Below, in pieces: positions 41,401-56,400 of a stretch of DNA of 64,000 nucleotides. Origin of the DNA: Owenia fusiformis (taxonomy: Eukaryota). The stretch is taken from the NCBI GenBank assembly GCA_903813345.2, contig CAIIXF020000001.1:40114001-40178000 (forward strand). Direction: 5' to 3'. Made by a program: the position numbers and the translations under genes. The number at the start of each line of letters is the position of its first letter. Position 1 is the first letter of the stretch. The notes under the pieces were generated by a model. It did not search any database, was not told the origin of the DNA, and saw nothing but the letters and a program-made list of their open reading frames with translations.

Positions 41401-44400
41401 ACGTTGGCTGCCTTTTGTATATGATATACAGTGATTGCAAACTGGATTATATTAGCTACAAGGACACAACCAATTGGGATAGCAAATGAGTATATTAGTG
41501 CCCTGTCCCCAACAATCCAACAAGCGAAAGTTCCTCCATAGTGAAACTCTAACTCAGTGACTAAATCAATTACAAGACAAATGCACACCCCAAGCACAGG
41601 TATCCCCCAGTTGTATATGAGATATGGGGCAAACTTGACCTGACCTGGTGCTCCCACTCTGCTCATAGTGCTGAATGTCCGACAAACAATGAAGGCCATA
41701 GTGCTCATCCAGGAAAAAGCTGCCAACCAAGCATAATGCTGAATGGCAGCCAGAGCCTTACAAAGACTGGCAATCTCAACACCATATGGACTAATGAGAA
41801 ACAACAACTGGGCAATTAATAAACCAATGGAAAGGTTCATTGTGCACAATCCCGGGATGTTTCTTAGACCTGGTAGAGCAATATATACACATATAGTGAT
41901 GAACAGAGCAATTATTGACAAGCTTGTTCCTATCACTGTTAAGTACTGTTCAACTAGCATGAGAATATTTTGTGTGTCTCCAGACATCGTTTCATTTTTG
42001 GTGAAATTCCCCTGTGTTGTCTCATTATTGGTGTAGTTCAGGCAATCTGTGGAATCTGGTTGATATTTCAGTTCATCAAGACATTCAACATGAATGACAT
42101 TTTTATCATCAGTCATCACTCGCATTCCTCCACTGCTAAAGTCGATAAGAAGCGCAAAACTTGTAAACTTCGCAAGGTCCATCCCCGGTCCGTCTTTATT
42201 GTTGGCAAATTCTTCCGTGCTCTTACAGTTTAACTCAGATAGCAGTTCACCATTGCACAAAGCACAGTGTTCATTTTTGTAAACTCTCATTTCAAAAGAG
42301 ATTTTTCTCTTGACATCTGACCTATAATTTCTGCATACATGCTCCAGTGTCTCATATTGTCTTACTGTATAATTCCCTGTTTGAATTATATCTGCACTAC
42401 ATGAATCTTCAACATCTTCTGTACATAGATTTTGCTCTAATGCATCAAGGTCTATTGGATCATATTCTGTTGTGCAATTATCAGAAAGAACATTGAAATA
42501 TTCCACAACTCTTCTTTCTTTCATTAGTTCATCCAGTTTGGCTTCTACATTTTCCTTACATTTGAAATGTGGCTGCCAGATGTTTGTTTCTGCAATTTCC
42601 AAGTCATTACACTGTGCACAAAACATGTTCTTATACACCTGAGTTTTTTCACTGTTTGAGACTAAAATCCTATGGCTTATATCTGTTTTGTTATCATTCT
42701 CACAATCGTCTTTCAAAGGATGGTCACCAAGACAGTGAGATATTACATAAATGTTTGGAGAAATTAGTTTCTCATATGAACCCCTCCATTTAACATTTAC
42801 GCACTTTACCAAGTTAGTCAATTTACCAGTTCTGGTCTTGATGTTATTTTCAAATTCATTGTTGTTGCCATTGTCAACTGGATCTGAAAACCCTATGAAT
42901 GGTTGAATTTCAATTGGCTCCTCTCTGGGCTCTTCGGGCGTTTCACCTGCAGTTGTAGGAACATGCATGATGCATATTTCTTCATAATTGTAGCAACAGT
43001 CCCCGTATTGAATACAGTACGCATCACAAAAGCATCCACGGGTTTTTGATTGTTCTGACCTTGGTAATTTGCAGTTATTCTTCAAATCAAATGTCGTACA
43101 TTTTTGCGTACATCCCTTCAGTGTGATCCCTAAGATTGTCGGCCCTTCCACTTCAGGTTCCAGAGTGGTTGTATCTGAAATGAGTTTTAATATTGTAATA
43201 TTTATTTTTTCACCTGCTATCTGTCCCACTGAGTGGACCGACCTTCTCAGGTCATCCCTTAACAGAGATTTTAATTCTGTGTTTCAAATAACAACAAAAT
43301 GTACACAAAATGCATGATGAAATCAAAACATAAAAGAAGTGTTTCTCCTGAGATGGTGTATTTGTGCTCAATAAAAGGGTTTACATAGGTTGACTTACAG
43401 TCACCTGAGTCCTAGAATAAAGATATAATCAACTTTACTGATTCTTGGGATCTGATGTTATTAACAATTTACCTGTAACTGATGTAGGTATTCCTGTTTC
43501 AGTTCTCTCTGTGTTCTTTATTTCATCCTCTCCAGCAGTAAAGTTCACCCTCTGAATAGTCAGTTGCCCATCTATTGAAGGTACCCATAAAACACAGCAT
43601 ATTAGAATACCATGAAGAGCTTTCATCATCCCTATTGTTTTTATTATTTCACTCTGTATCAGTTGTTTTAATTCAACTTTTTTATAATTTTATTTTATTC
43701 TGGTGATATGGTGTACATGGAATTCATTCCACCTCTGATTACATCTGGATATTCTCTAGTTCTATCTCAATTTACGAAATAGTTGAGTCATTTGTTTTTC
43801 GAGACCTCTCCGAGTTGTTTATTGTGAATCACTCAATGCTATTTGATAGAAACATGTCACTCGCAATTAACTAATTATTGTTTTCGATCTATATTTTTAT
43901 TTGAATAGCATTACTTGTTACTTTGAATCCATTCAACCAGCTTTTAGTTAAAATGTTTACTTGTTTGATCTTTGCAATCATGTTCCTGATTGTTTGTGAA
44001 AGTCAATCAGACTTGATGGAAATTGATATATAATCGCTATACATTACGCACTTAAAGAATAACTTGCTGTTCGATAGTTACTTATCCATTAATTTTTTAC
44101 CTCTCACGAATAATAGTGTTCCATTAGTCGGAAATTAAATGCAGTATGTTCAAAAGCTATTTGTTGAGATTATAAGACTGTAGAGACACAAAATTGAGAA
44201 AGAAATATTTAATGATTTTATGATCATAATAAGCTTTTGCTTTCTAAAAAGTTCTGCTGTACAAATATGTACCACTTAAAAGGTTATCTTAAATGATGTG
44301 TTTAACAGCTAGTTAAATAGGAATGACAGGAAAGCTTTTAAACTTAAAATGGATCCTAATGGCTCATTAGCAGATATCAATTCTTATCTCAGACATTTAA

Positions 44401-47400
44401 AATGATGGAAAGATACTAAGTAAGAAGTTGATCAATTAAATGGCAGTAAATCTGACCTTGGTATTCTGATACTCCTCACACCTATCTGTGTTCACTTAAT
44501 AAGAAACTGACATACTTTTACTCTAGTGTATTCCTCCAGTCCTACAATAGGAAACTCAGTGACCATGAAAGCATTAACAAATAATTGTGGACAAGTAAGT
44601 TCACAAGAGAAATAGTCTATGAATGAAATCCCATTAATAATGTGTTCTTCCCTTGTTGCAGGAGTACCTGACCCCACTAGAGCAGTCCAAACCATCCATT
44701 CTGAGCAGCAATACATTGAAATGTATATTCTACAAGATCAGAGGAGTCCTCCATTGCCACAATATGTTCCAGATTGAGCTAGCAGAAACTGTCAAGAAAT
44801 GGGATGAAGATGAAACTATTGGGAATGTCTTCACTGCATCTGTGAGTTCTCCTAAATATATTTTAGCCCCTCAGTTGAAATACTTGATTCAAATAGTGGT
44901 CAACTATGCAATGTATTGCCGGTTGATAGTATTGGGGGATGATGTCACATCATAACATCACAACGGTGAATCAGAGGGAAAATTTGTCACCACCAAAAGT
45001 GGTGCCATATTGTTTTTAGTCTCCAACTTTTTGTGGACATTGTTCAGCATTTGGCTGTCAGCATTTGGCATTCGGCGGTCGGTGCCTGTAACAGATGGCA
45101 TGTAGTGACATTTTGCATATTAATGCCTTGTATTTTCTTCTGACAACAAAACAATTGACTGTTATTATATTCCTCATTCAGCAATCTCAGCTTCTATTAC
45201 AGTCAATATCTGAATTGCAGATCTATAGTATGCTGTACGATAGTATAGTATAGCCTTTATAATTGGAGCCTACATTAAAATAGCTCACAAATAAGTAAAT
45301 ACCTTATGCAATATAAGATATTACATTAAAAATGCAATCCCCCAATACTCTTTTCCTCCCCCATTCACACAGAGATGGCACCCTATATGATATTATGTTT
45401 AACTATTTTCAGTTCTCCAAGTCCATGGTGTTTGAGGTGTATAGTGCCTATGTTAATAACTTCTCTGTAGCATGGGAAGCCCTTAAGAAATCAACCAGAG
45501 ACAAGCAGCAGTTTGCAGACTTTCTTAATGTAAGGAAATACTCAAGTTACTCTTGATATATTTAGATAGTAGAATTCAGTTGATGAAAATAATTGGTAGG
45601 TTCAATAATTCAGTAAAACTATACATATCAAATACGAGGGGTGATCCAAAAGTCTTGGACGCCTCGCTCTAACTTTGCTATTTCCTTATATAATTACATG
45701 AAAGTTTCAGAGAGTAAGGATCAACATCTTAACAACTTTTTGTATAAGTTTCAACAGAAAATAATATATTTCAGCTACTTTTCTAAATGTTTTTTAATAC
45801 CGGGTCCCTGCCACCCGGAACGGTATTTAAATATAGCAAATCACGTCACAACTGTTATAATATGGCAAATACTTTAGGTGCAGGTGCACAACCTAACACC
45901 AGTCATGATATGAGAGAATTTCCGATTTTCAGTCTGAGTGCCATATGCCATCATCATCTTCACATATTAAGACCTACTTTTCAACATATTTTCCGCGAAT
46001 TTGAACTCATCTTTCATACCGCTTTACCAATGAATGGAAGTCATTTATGAAACCGCCATTGCTTATGTGATACAAATGCTGCTGGAGTGCCACTCTAAAC
46101 CTCATACAATGAGCAATAAAAAATTTCTTTCAACCCTCCTTTTTTCTGGAGAAAAGGAAGAAAATCACACGGAGCCATATCTAGACTGTATCGTGCATAT
46201 GGTAGCTGCTCAAGGTCAATAATAGTGAAAATATCTTGAACTATTCTTTGTTCCACTTTGATTTCTTTCATGTTCTGCATTTCAGCAGCCATCTTGCAGC
46301 AAAAATGATACCAGAATGAGGGTTGCTTGTCTGATGTCATTTTCTTAGAATTTGACATATACGGCCATTGTCATATGTGACATTATAACTAAAACAAAAT
46401 TAATTGGTTGAGTAGTAACAAATGAAGTAAACTAGCATGGTTTAACATTCAAAATTCAAAAAAGATAGTGGTCAAGACTTGCGAAACAAGTGAAACGGCG
46501 GCAACATTTAAGGCTGAAAGTTGCCATGTGCGAATACCGTTCCGGGTGGCAGGGTCCCTATATTAAAAACTATCTAGAAAACTACATAAAATATATAATT
46601 TCTCCATGAAATTAATACACAAAGTAGTTAGGTTGTTGATCTTTATTATTGGAAAGTTTAAAGTAATTTTATCAAAAACAAACAAAATTAGAGCAGGGCG
46701 TCCAAGACTTTTGGATCACCCCTCGTACATTTGTTTCAGTTGCTAATAGTTTCACAACTAAGTGTTTTTTAATGTTACTCATACAGTGATGGGCTTATTC
46801 TATTGATCATATTCAATTAACCTACTGTATTCTATTGGTTATACTTATCTATTATATGTTTTTGATTTGACCTACTTTTACAGTTTGACCTATTTTTGAA
46901 TAACGAGTATAGGAATCACCAAAATGATGCCATTTTTATTCAAATTCAAATTTACCATAGTTATAAACATTGTCCATACACTAAAAACAGTAATGTATGT
47001 TTATACACCATCAGATATAATCATACTGACATCCTTACAGCAAAAGCAACGTGCCAGCCCTGATAAGCTGTCCATATTTGGTTTGATGGTGAAACCTGTC
47101 CAGAGATTCCCTCAGTTTATACTTTTACTTCAGGTAAATCACTTTCATGTTGTTATATAAAAGGCAGTACAGCGAATCAACCTAAGAAATATTTAGCACC
47201 CAAATATGAATAAACTGTGATAGAATGTTATTAGAGATAGAAAGAAGCCACATTTCGCTTTTGTAATCCATCCATCTGTTCATACATTCGCTCATTGGTC
47301 TGTCTGGGTAATAACTCAAATACCAAGTTCTACTAGATAGGCTGATGCCTTATAAGCATAGGGCTTCTGCTCAAGAAGGAATTTTCAATATGGCCACTTA

Positions 47401-50400
47401 GTTCATAAAGGGTAAATTTTCAAGATGACTGCTGAATTCAAAATGGCGGCATTTTTTAAGAAATATAATTTGTGGTACCATTTACATTTATAGAATTTGA
47501 TCCAAAGTTCATTAGCTGATGCTCTATGGGCATGAATATCTTACACAGGAAGGAATTTCTGAAGTTAATTCCTAATCAATTAGATAACATAAATATTAGT
47601 TGACATTAAAAATATGCTAGGCATTGTAATTGCATATCGACATATCTTCTAAAATACTTCTGTTTGCAGGACCTACTAAAGTACACACCTCGTGAACACC
47701 ACGATAGACTTCCCCTCCAGGTGGCACTCACTGAGCTGGAGAACCTTGCTCATAGACTGAATGAAAAGAAAAGAGAGAGTGAACAAAGACATGCAGCCAG
47801 ACAGGTAACCTATGTCACACTGAGTACAGACAATAGGGAGGTTTAGCTATGTGTTAAGAGAATTTGGATGTGAATGTGGAGTATTATGACCTCCGGGGAT
47901 TACTGTTCCTGGTCTCTCAATTGGTTTTTCTAGGGACGTAATTACTCAGGCCACAGGGACTGGTGATAAATAGTTGATGTTTACGAATTAATTCTTGATA
48001 CATGCAGTCAACTGGATTCACTTAATGAACTATAAGCATGGGTTTGATTGCTTAACTCCATAGCTGTTATCTTTTAATTATCTGTCATAAGTTTTTCATT
48101 TATTGGTGTTTTAATGCTTGATCCTTAGCAGTACAGACAGTAAAAGTCTCTTGAACTTGAACAGTTGTATGACCAGCTAAATATGTTTAATTTTGGATGT
48201 GGTCATGGAAACAAATGGAAAGATGGACTTCAACTTGTGAAGTGTTCAATTAATAAAGACAGATGTTCTATTCACCAAGTATTAAAGGGGCAATAAGGCT
48301 TGTAGGGAGAAAATAGGAAAATTTTAACTTTTTCTGAGCTATCAAGGCAACAGTTGGCTTAACATCTTCTTCGACATACCTATTTTCTTAAAATGTATGG
48401 ATAAACTATCAATTTTGGCATTAAAAAAATGTAAATTCAGTTCAAAGCTTCAAAAAGGGGACGTCCACTTTTATATTTTTAAGATCCACCATGTTTCAAG
48501 GGGAATATAAGCTGAAATAATGATTATCTAGGGGGTTTCTTTGTAGAAAATAAAAATAGATGTTAGTCTTGATGAAATATCCAAACTTAAATATATTTTG
48601 ACACTGGTCCATGATCGTTGAATGGCCCCTCTGCACTACTTGTTGCACCTTTAATGTATGTTTACTCATATTGGGCTATTGTGGCCATATTTCCTGCCAA
48701 ACGTGTCATGCTTTTTAACAACAAGAGCCATCTTTTCAACATTTCTAAAGCTATTTGAATACCAAATTGAACACCTCAAAACTCCATCCTGACTTCATGC
48801 TTTCCACCTTTAGGTGCTGGCTAACATGGGCAGAACTGGTCAGAAGGCAGAGACTGCAGGACAGTACCTTGTCAGACAAGATGATCTTGTGCAGCTAGTA
48901 AGTTTAGACAGTTTGCTTGAGGCTCCTGATGACACATCTACAAAAATAGTTTTATTCATTTCTGTATTTATTCAATTTAATTTAGTTTTATTCATTTTAA
49001 TTTGATTTTTAGATTTATATTTATCTTAATGATAAAAGTATATTAGGATGTGAATGTGATGTCATTTTGTTAAGTTCTTGTCCCTTGTGTTGGCCTATAT
49101 TGATTTGTTTCATTTTTAGGAACACAACCAGCAAACAGACACAGTCAAGACAAAGTCACGAAGATTGTTTCTCTTAAATGATATGCTCATCTGTGCAACA
49201 GTAATACAAAAGTAGGTGAAATATTTTGATTACTGTAATTACCATTGTATGTAGTATTCAGGGGCGTAGGAAGGTGTAAATTCAACACTACGCCAAAAAT
49301 ATGAAAAAATTGTGTCAAATCTTAACGAATCAAAACGCCTCTTTTATGCTCGTAAAACGTAATTTTTATGGTAATACCTTTCTAATTGTGCTTAAAATGT
49401 TCGAATGTTTTTCATGATATAAAATCACCATGGAAAGCCGATCTTTTAAATCTCAACAATACAGATTAAAGAAACTAGTATGATCAATAGAAACATGTCC
49501 GTGATCAATGATACAACATAACTCTAATGTCTTCAACTTTTTTTATAAGATAAATAAAGCCCATGCAAAAGTCAACGTGACATTTTGTGGTAAATTGTTT
49601 TTTCCTTTCAAAATAATTATTGGTGCCTAAATGCTTTATTTCCTAAAATAATAATCTATTATATTTCAAATAAAATAGAAATTAGGGTAATTGCTTTCCT
49701 AGAACTGAAGTTGAAATGTACTTTCATTTTTACTGGCTTAAACTTCCAACTATCATAACCCTCTACCCCAAATCACCTTGATTTTTACGCCAAAAAGTGC
49801 CATTTATCGTGGCCGAAGCTAGAAAAAAGTAACAGAGGAACAAAAACCTTGCAAAGAGTACTATTGAAAAAATCGAACATATTACATGGTCTCCAAAAAC
49901 ATTTCTTTAGTGTGCTCGAGATCACAAACAATTTATTAACAATGAGGAAATATGACTAAAGAACATAAGGAAATTATTAAGCTATTTCATTCTAGCTTTT
50001 CAACACTACGCATTGGCGTTTTGGCGTATATTGTTCCTACGCCACTGGTATTTGTACTTGGAATCAGAGGTCTTCATTTCTGATCAAGTCATAGTATAGA
50101 TAAGTTCTTTGATTGGTGGAAATGCCAACAGAAGTGTCCAATTAGAGGCCTCGACAGATACGTTCATCCAAGATCATGGTGCATCCTCTTGTAGACTAAC
50201 AGAGATTGTTATAAGAGTGTGTTGTTTCTTGTGCAGGGAGTCAGATAGTGGTCCAGTGGAGAAGTTACGTATCAAATGGAATGTGACCTTGAAGGATGTA
50301 GAGGTCATTAACACTACCCTCACATCCAAGATGGAGTACACATACAGGGGTCCCCCTGGAAGGTATGTTTACTTGACAAAGAACATCTGTTCTTCGGCTT

Positions 50401-53400
50401 GGTCAGATGCAGTCATGTGCCCCACAAGTCAACCCACACCTTAAGATATCCCTAACTTAAGTTTGGCACATGTGTCCACTACAAGTCAATACCACATTTC
50501 AGTCATCCATTGCATTAATCACATCAGTCACGGGTATATTATCCATTATTAGGGGTTTCACTAGAATTTCTCACAACAGGCTAAATAAATGAAAACAACA
50601 GGCAAAATTAATGGAAATCATCAATCTAACCTGGAAAAGTTGAAAAGTCCCTAAAACAACAGGCAAGGACGATTCTCGGTTTGGAGAACGAAGTTCATCA
50701 ATCTAAATGAGCATTATCCCTGCTTCGGACAAATTTGATTTTTTTTACATGATATAGATTTGAATGTCTTCTTTTGAATAGTCATAATTTAATTTGGGTA
50801 ATATTTCTAGATTTTTCGCAAAAGAATATTAGCGCAGTACACTGATGAACTTTTTTCCACAAATCGAGACTTGTATTTTATTAAATCGGTCTAATTGAGC
50901 GTTATCCCTGCTTCAGACCAATTTGTTATTTTAACATCTTGTAGATTTAAATGTCTTCTTTTGAATATTCATAGTTTAATTTGGGTAATATTTCTATATT
51001 TTTCATGAAAACAATTATTAGCCCAGGAGACTGTTCTCCAAACCGAGAATCGTCCTTTTGTGAAAACAACTGATGAAAATTGCCTGTTGCCTGCTGCTAA
51101 TGAAACCCCTGCTTTATCTACCTTTTTGCTTACTTGAAGGATTTTCTTTCTATTTTGAGGTAGAATATACCCTTGGAATAACAAAGGTAGTAGGTTTAGC
51201 ATAGAAACATTTTTAAGTGTTCAAGGCGCCCTCCCCCCCCCTTCCCCCTTACCAAGAGCTGGTTACACAAGAGAAAAGATATGTATGAATGTATAATCAA
51301 GTACCATATCTTATATAGGTCCACTATAGTTCTGAAGAAACATGACCAGGATGTAGAATCCCAGTGCAGCAGTGACCTAGATGACATGATGCATGATCTC
51401 CCCCTTATCATACAGATTGGTCAACTAGCAAGTCAGCTACGTCTTCCTGTTCAGGTTAGTACGAGCCAGTAAATTGTATGCCCTGTTAACCTGAATATGG
51501 TAAAGCCTGTTCATTCAAAGTTTTGATACAAAAGAGGCCATGCGAAAATAAGAAGTAAAAATTAAAAAATGTTTGAGTACAGGTCTATGTATATAACATA
51601 ATATTGTATTGTTTGAAAAATGAATGTGTAATAAATAAATGAATAAATGTTGCCCCGTGGAAAGAGCTTACGGCTTGTATTGGCATATTGTGGAACATTG
51701 AAAAAATAAGACAAATAAAAAGTATAAATGTTTGTCATGCAGGGATTGAGTCAGGAAAACATCAACTCAAAGGTCCGGGAACTTCAAGGTCAAATTACGC
51801 TGAAGGATAAGCTAGACACAAGGACTATACAACTTTCTATGCCAGCCAGGTATGTTCTCAATACAAACTATGTTCAGGGTATTGAGATACATAGGAAGGA
51901 ATATATTATACGATTATCTTACACATACTTCAGGTTTTGAATATTGAAATACGATATAAATATTTTGACAATTCAGGGTGCACTTCGGGGTTATAATGAC
52001 GTGTGAGGAGTTTGCTTCTGCTCCTTTCTAGAAATATCGAAATTACTGGCACATGATTGATTGCCAAATGATTGATCAATGGATTCAAAGTCTTGAATTA
52101 ATATGCTCTCACTATAACTACATTTTCTCAAAGAGTTTTTGTTTGAAAGTTAATTGAATTACTTTGTAATGATGCTGAATGTGGAATAGAAAAAAGAGAA
52201 GATGTGCAGGATGAACATATTGAAATGCACAAAGAGCAGTTCGATGGTTAAATGTTTTCCAAAAATTGGTAAATTAAATTATAAACGATTTTGATTTATC
52301 AGTCTATTCTAGTGTGAGTGTGTTGAATAGGTCAGAAAGGCACTAAGTTATATCATAGTTTTAATATTTATCTTCTAGGCTACTTTCTCTGCAAAAACGA
52401 CACAGTACTCTCAGACAGAATAAGAATCGGTAAATGCCATGTATGTTGCATGCAGATCCTGTGCTATGCATCATGTAGCCTATTATATGCGATACATAAT
52501 ATCGATTGAAAAACATACATAATGCTTATATATTAAAGATAGTTCAATTAAAACAGTTTGATTGTCAAATAGATATGGCACATCTCAAATCACAGGGCTC
52601 TTGCCATTATTCTCCAGTTCAAAATGATGTGGCTTTTTTGATGATTTTTTTTTAAAACAGGTAGGCTTTTTTGATGATGATTGGAGCCTTGTGATTGGAT
52701 TTCAAACGAGACAAATTGTTTCTTGAACTTGCTTTGTAATCATAAATGAACATGATACAAGATTTACAGAAAATTTGAATCTCATCACATGAATGCCGCT
52801 TCCACAAAAACTAATCTAAGATTTATGTAATAAAATGTATGAAATTGCTTGGGAATAAGTAATCTACCTTGGCTTTTTGCTCATTATATGTTCTAAAACA
52901 GTATATATTTTACCTGTAGTTAGTGAGACTACACTTATACACATACTAACCAATGTTAATGCTTGGTGTTTTTGCTAGAATGTTCCCATATTATGTTATG
53001 AAAGTAATTTTATTAAAGGGCGGGGAAATTCCTATATTTTTAAAGTTAAAATATTGGAATTAATATGGATGACATGTTATTTCAACATCGATAAGCCTTG
53101 GCTAAGAGCAGGTCTAATCCTTCTTTAAATTACTTTTGCAAAGAATGAAAAGGTTGATGTTTTATCTTCCCCTGTTAGTTGCATCCTGTGCCAGATGTGG
53201 TTGAAGGATATAAAAACACAATAACACTCAATGGTTCGATAACAATTAAATCATGGAAACATGTGAATTTAGTTATGTGCTATCACTTGAAAATGCCACA
53301 CCTTTCAAAATGGCTTTCATTTTTCTGAAAATCTGATCATTTTGGTGATTGATAAACTCAATTATTGCTTGACCTATTTTTAAATGATTTGATTCATCTA

Positions 53401-56400
53401 TATGCATTATTTGTCATGATTGAGTGTCATGTACATTACATAAGACAGTATAAGTTTCAATGTATATTGTATTGTAGTTTAAATGTATATATATTGTAAT
53501 TTCAATGTATATTGTATTGTAGTATAAATGTACATGTAAAGTATTGAAGTATGAATTTAACCTGTATGTTGTAGGGGAGGTAGAGTGATTCAGACTATGC
53601 AGACTGTGGGGACTAAGAGCAGAGAGGCTTGGATTGATGATTTCTACTACACTAAACTAGCACTAGGTATTAGAACATCTCCATATTATCTCTGTCTATT
53701 AAACAATTGTTTTGTATGTGCTGGTATGACAGCATCTGTCCAAGTATGCTCCCTGGTATAAGAGTCTCCCCAAAACTACTGTTGAGATTGTTTGGAGTGC
53801 ATTCTGACTTCTAATTCCAGCATTTCAACATGACATAGCCTACCTTGAGTTTTAATTCAATTCTTCAATAACCACAAACTTATTGATCAACTTTGTACAA
53901 TATATATTAAGCTGACTGTATTTAAGAAGTTATGTTTTACAGGGTCAAGCAACAAGCCAGCATGGAGTATACCAGAACCTAATGTCACCAGTTTTGCACG
54001 TCTACCTTTGTTCATGAACCCTCTTCCACTGAATATCACCGAACAATACACCCAGGTACGTTGAAAATAGTACAAATATAGTGTTTGTTCATTCTTTATC
54101 TTCACATGTCAACCGAGTAAAGATGATACATGCTAATGATTTCCTTGCCATGTACTATTTCAGAGCATGCCGTATTATGAGGTTATATAATGGTTCTTTC
54201 TGTATATCGTTTTTATACTCGAGTGAGTATATGATATATTCACAAGTGAGCGTAGCGAACGAGTGAATATATTATATTCTCACGAGAGTATAAAATGCAC
54301 GCCACTCTAAGTTCAATTACAGTTGATTCGAACACAATCATAACAATTGATCTCGAACCATTTATGACGTCACTTGATTCTAGGAAATCATGAAAATTTT
54401 CATGATTTTTTTATTCATTAGTTCCCAGAATGCACTTCTACAGTGGTATACGGAGGAGTTGTATACGATGACGATATACCACTCTCCACTGTGTATCGTT
54501 GTTATAGACCCATGTTATACAACTGTAATTGGACTTAGAGTGGTATAAGACATGTTATCCCCATGTTGTATATACTATACCACTGATCTTTCCCTTTCCT
54601 GTATTATGTTTCAGATATCATGTGCTGTGCCATTAATTCTCCCCATGGAGAATAGTGAAGGAATGGGGGTTCCACACATGTGGGTTTGTAGTGGAGATGA
54701 GAGCAGTGGACAAGTCAGTATGTACACATTTTAGAGAACACATGTACATAAACTAATGTACCTCTTGAGTAAACATGAAAAGTAGTCAATATGCCCCAAA
54801 TGTACAGACAACAACTTGTCAAGTGGACACAACATTTATCTATCTGTGGATGAGTATAATCATAGAAAACTAAACATGTTATTGAAAAAAGGCATACTAT
54901 GGGTGCCAATTCAGTCAAGTAGGGTTCTGTGGATGTGACACACATCAATTACTTAAGTACTATGTTCATACAGAACCCCTAACTACAAAATGTGCTGATA
55001 ATGTGTTAGATACTGTGAAGCACAGATTTGCATCATGTACTTCTATTCAACCTTTATGGGGTATTATAAAACAAAACTTTATGTATGACATGTCAGAAGA
55101 TCAAATAATACAAGGCATTTTAAAGATGATGTTCAAACAAAAAAGTTAAATTATATTATACTCATTGCAAAGTGGTGTATACATAAACATACTCTATAGG
55201 TTTTTATAATACTATTGACTTGTTCTGTAATTTTAAAATAGAGCTTTCCAAGAGAAATATTATTATGTAATGCATCAGGTAACTTATGTAATGAAATTTT
55301 TAAATTGATGTAATCTTTTTAAAATATCTGAAATAAAAAGAATTTTAAATATAAAAAAATGTTCATACAGAACTACATTGTATATTTTTGCTTACAGGTA
55401 TAGTTTCCTTCTACACAACTTGTCCAAGGATAGTTGAATCATTCAAGGTAACAGATAGCAGGATAGTCAGTGCAGAGCTGGTGCCTGGGCATGACATCAC
55501 TTCAGATACTATCTGGATGGCAACTTCTGACTCAAAGTATGTTCTTAACAGTTGGGGTCAAAGATATGCTATTTAAATTTGCAGTCAAAGGATTTTAAAT
55601 TTTAATTGAACATCTTAGTCTTGTCTCAAGTCTCTGGACCCCCCCCCTTTTTTTACTTTACGAATAGAAGGAGAGGTGTGCTTGCATGAACATCCATATT
55701 AAGATCATTAAAATTATATGATTATTACGGTGTAATTGTAATATTTAAAACATGGTTAGGGGTGTTATAATTTCCAAAATATTTAACCCTTCGCAGGAAT
55801 TGAGTTGACTTTGGACATCCTCTGTCCACCATGCTTTTTATTGTACATTATTAAGATTTTCACCTCATTTTTTCTAAAAAAATTTTATTTCTAGGATGAG
55901 CATTTCCCACGTGGAGTCAAAAGGTCGCCATCAGTCCACACTTACCTTCCCTACTCAGGCGCCTGTGGTGAAGATGCTTTATATGAGAGATACTCTGTTT
56001 GCTGGCATGGACAATGGTTCTTTAGCTGTATATAGAAGGACAAAAGGTACAGGCTTCCATGAAAATAATTCATTCTCAAATATTCATAACTTACTTATGC
56101 ACTTAACTCACCTTAACATTGTTCATTGACGGAGAATAGCTTTTTCAAAAAAATATAAGTCGATGTGTTTTAACAGATCAAATTGAATCTTTAGTTTTTT
56201 TGGCAATAAAATGTATTACACTAGTCTATTTAATCCATGGTTTCATAATTTCAGAAGATGTCTGGGATTATAATGCCCCTGAGTTGTTAGAGTTGGGCTC
56301 TACCCCAGTAACCTGCCTGCTGGCTATAGATGATTACATTTATATCTCAGTTGGCAACAACATCACCATCTATGATATATCATCCTCTACCAAACATGTA

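Noticed and set aside
43175..43229. ORF-track start of the 706-aa GPCR
   Set aside because: Intronic. The real N-terminus is the signal-peptide exon 43629-43473 spliced to 43174.
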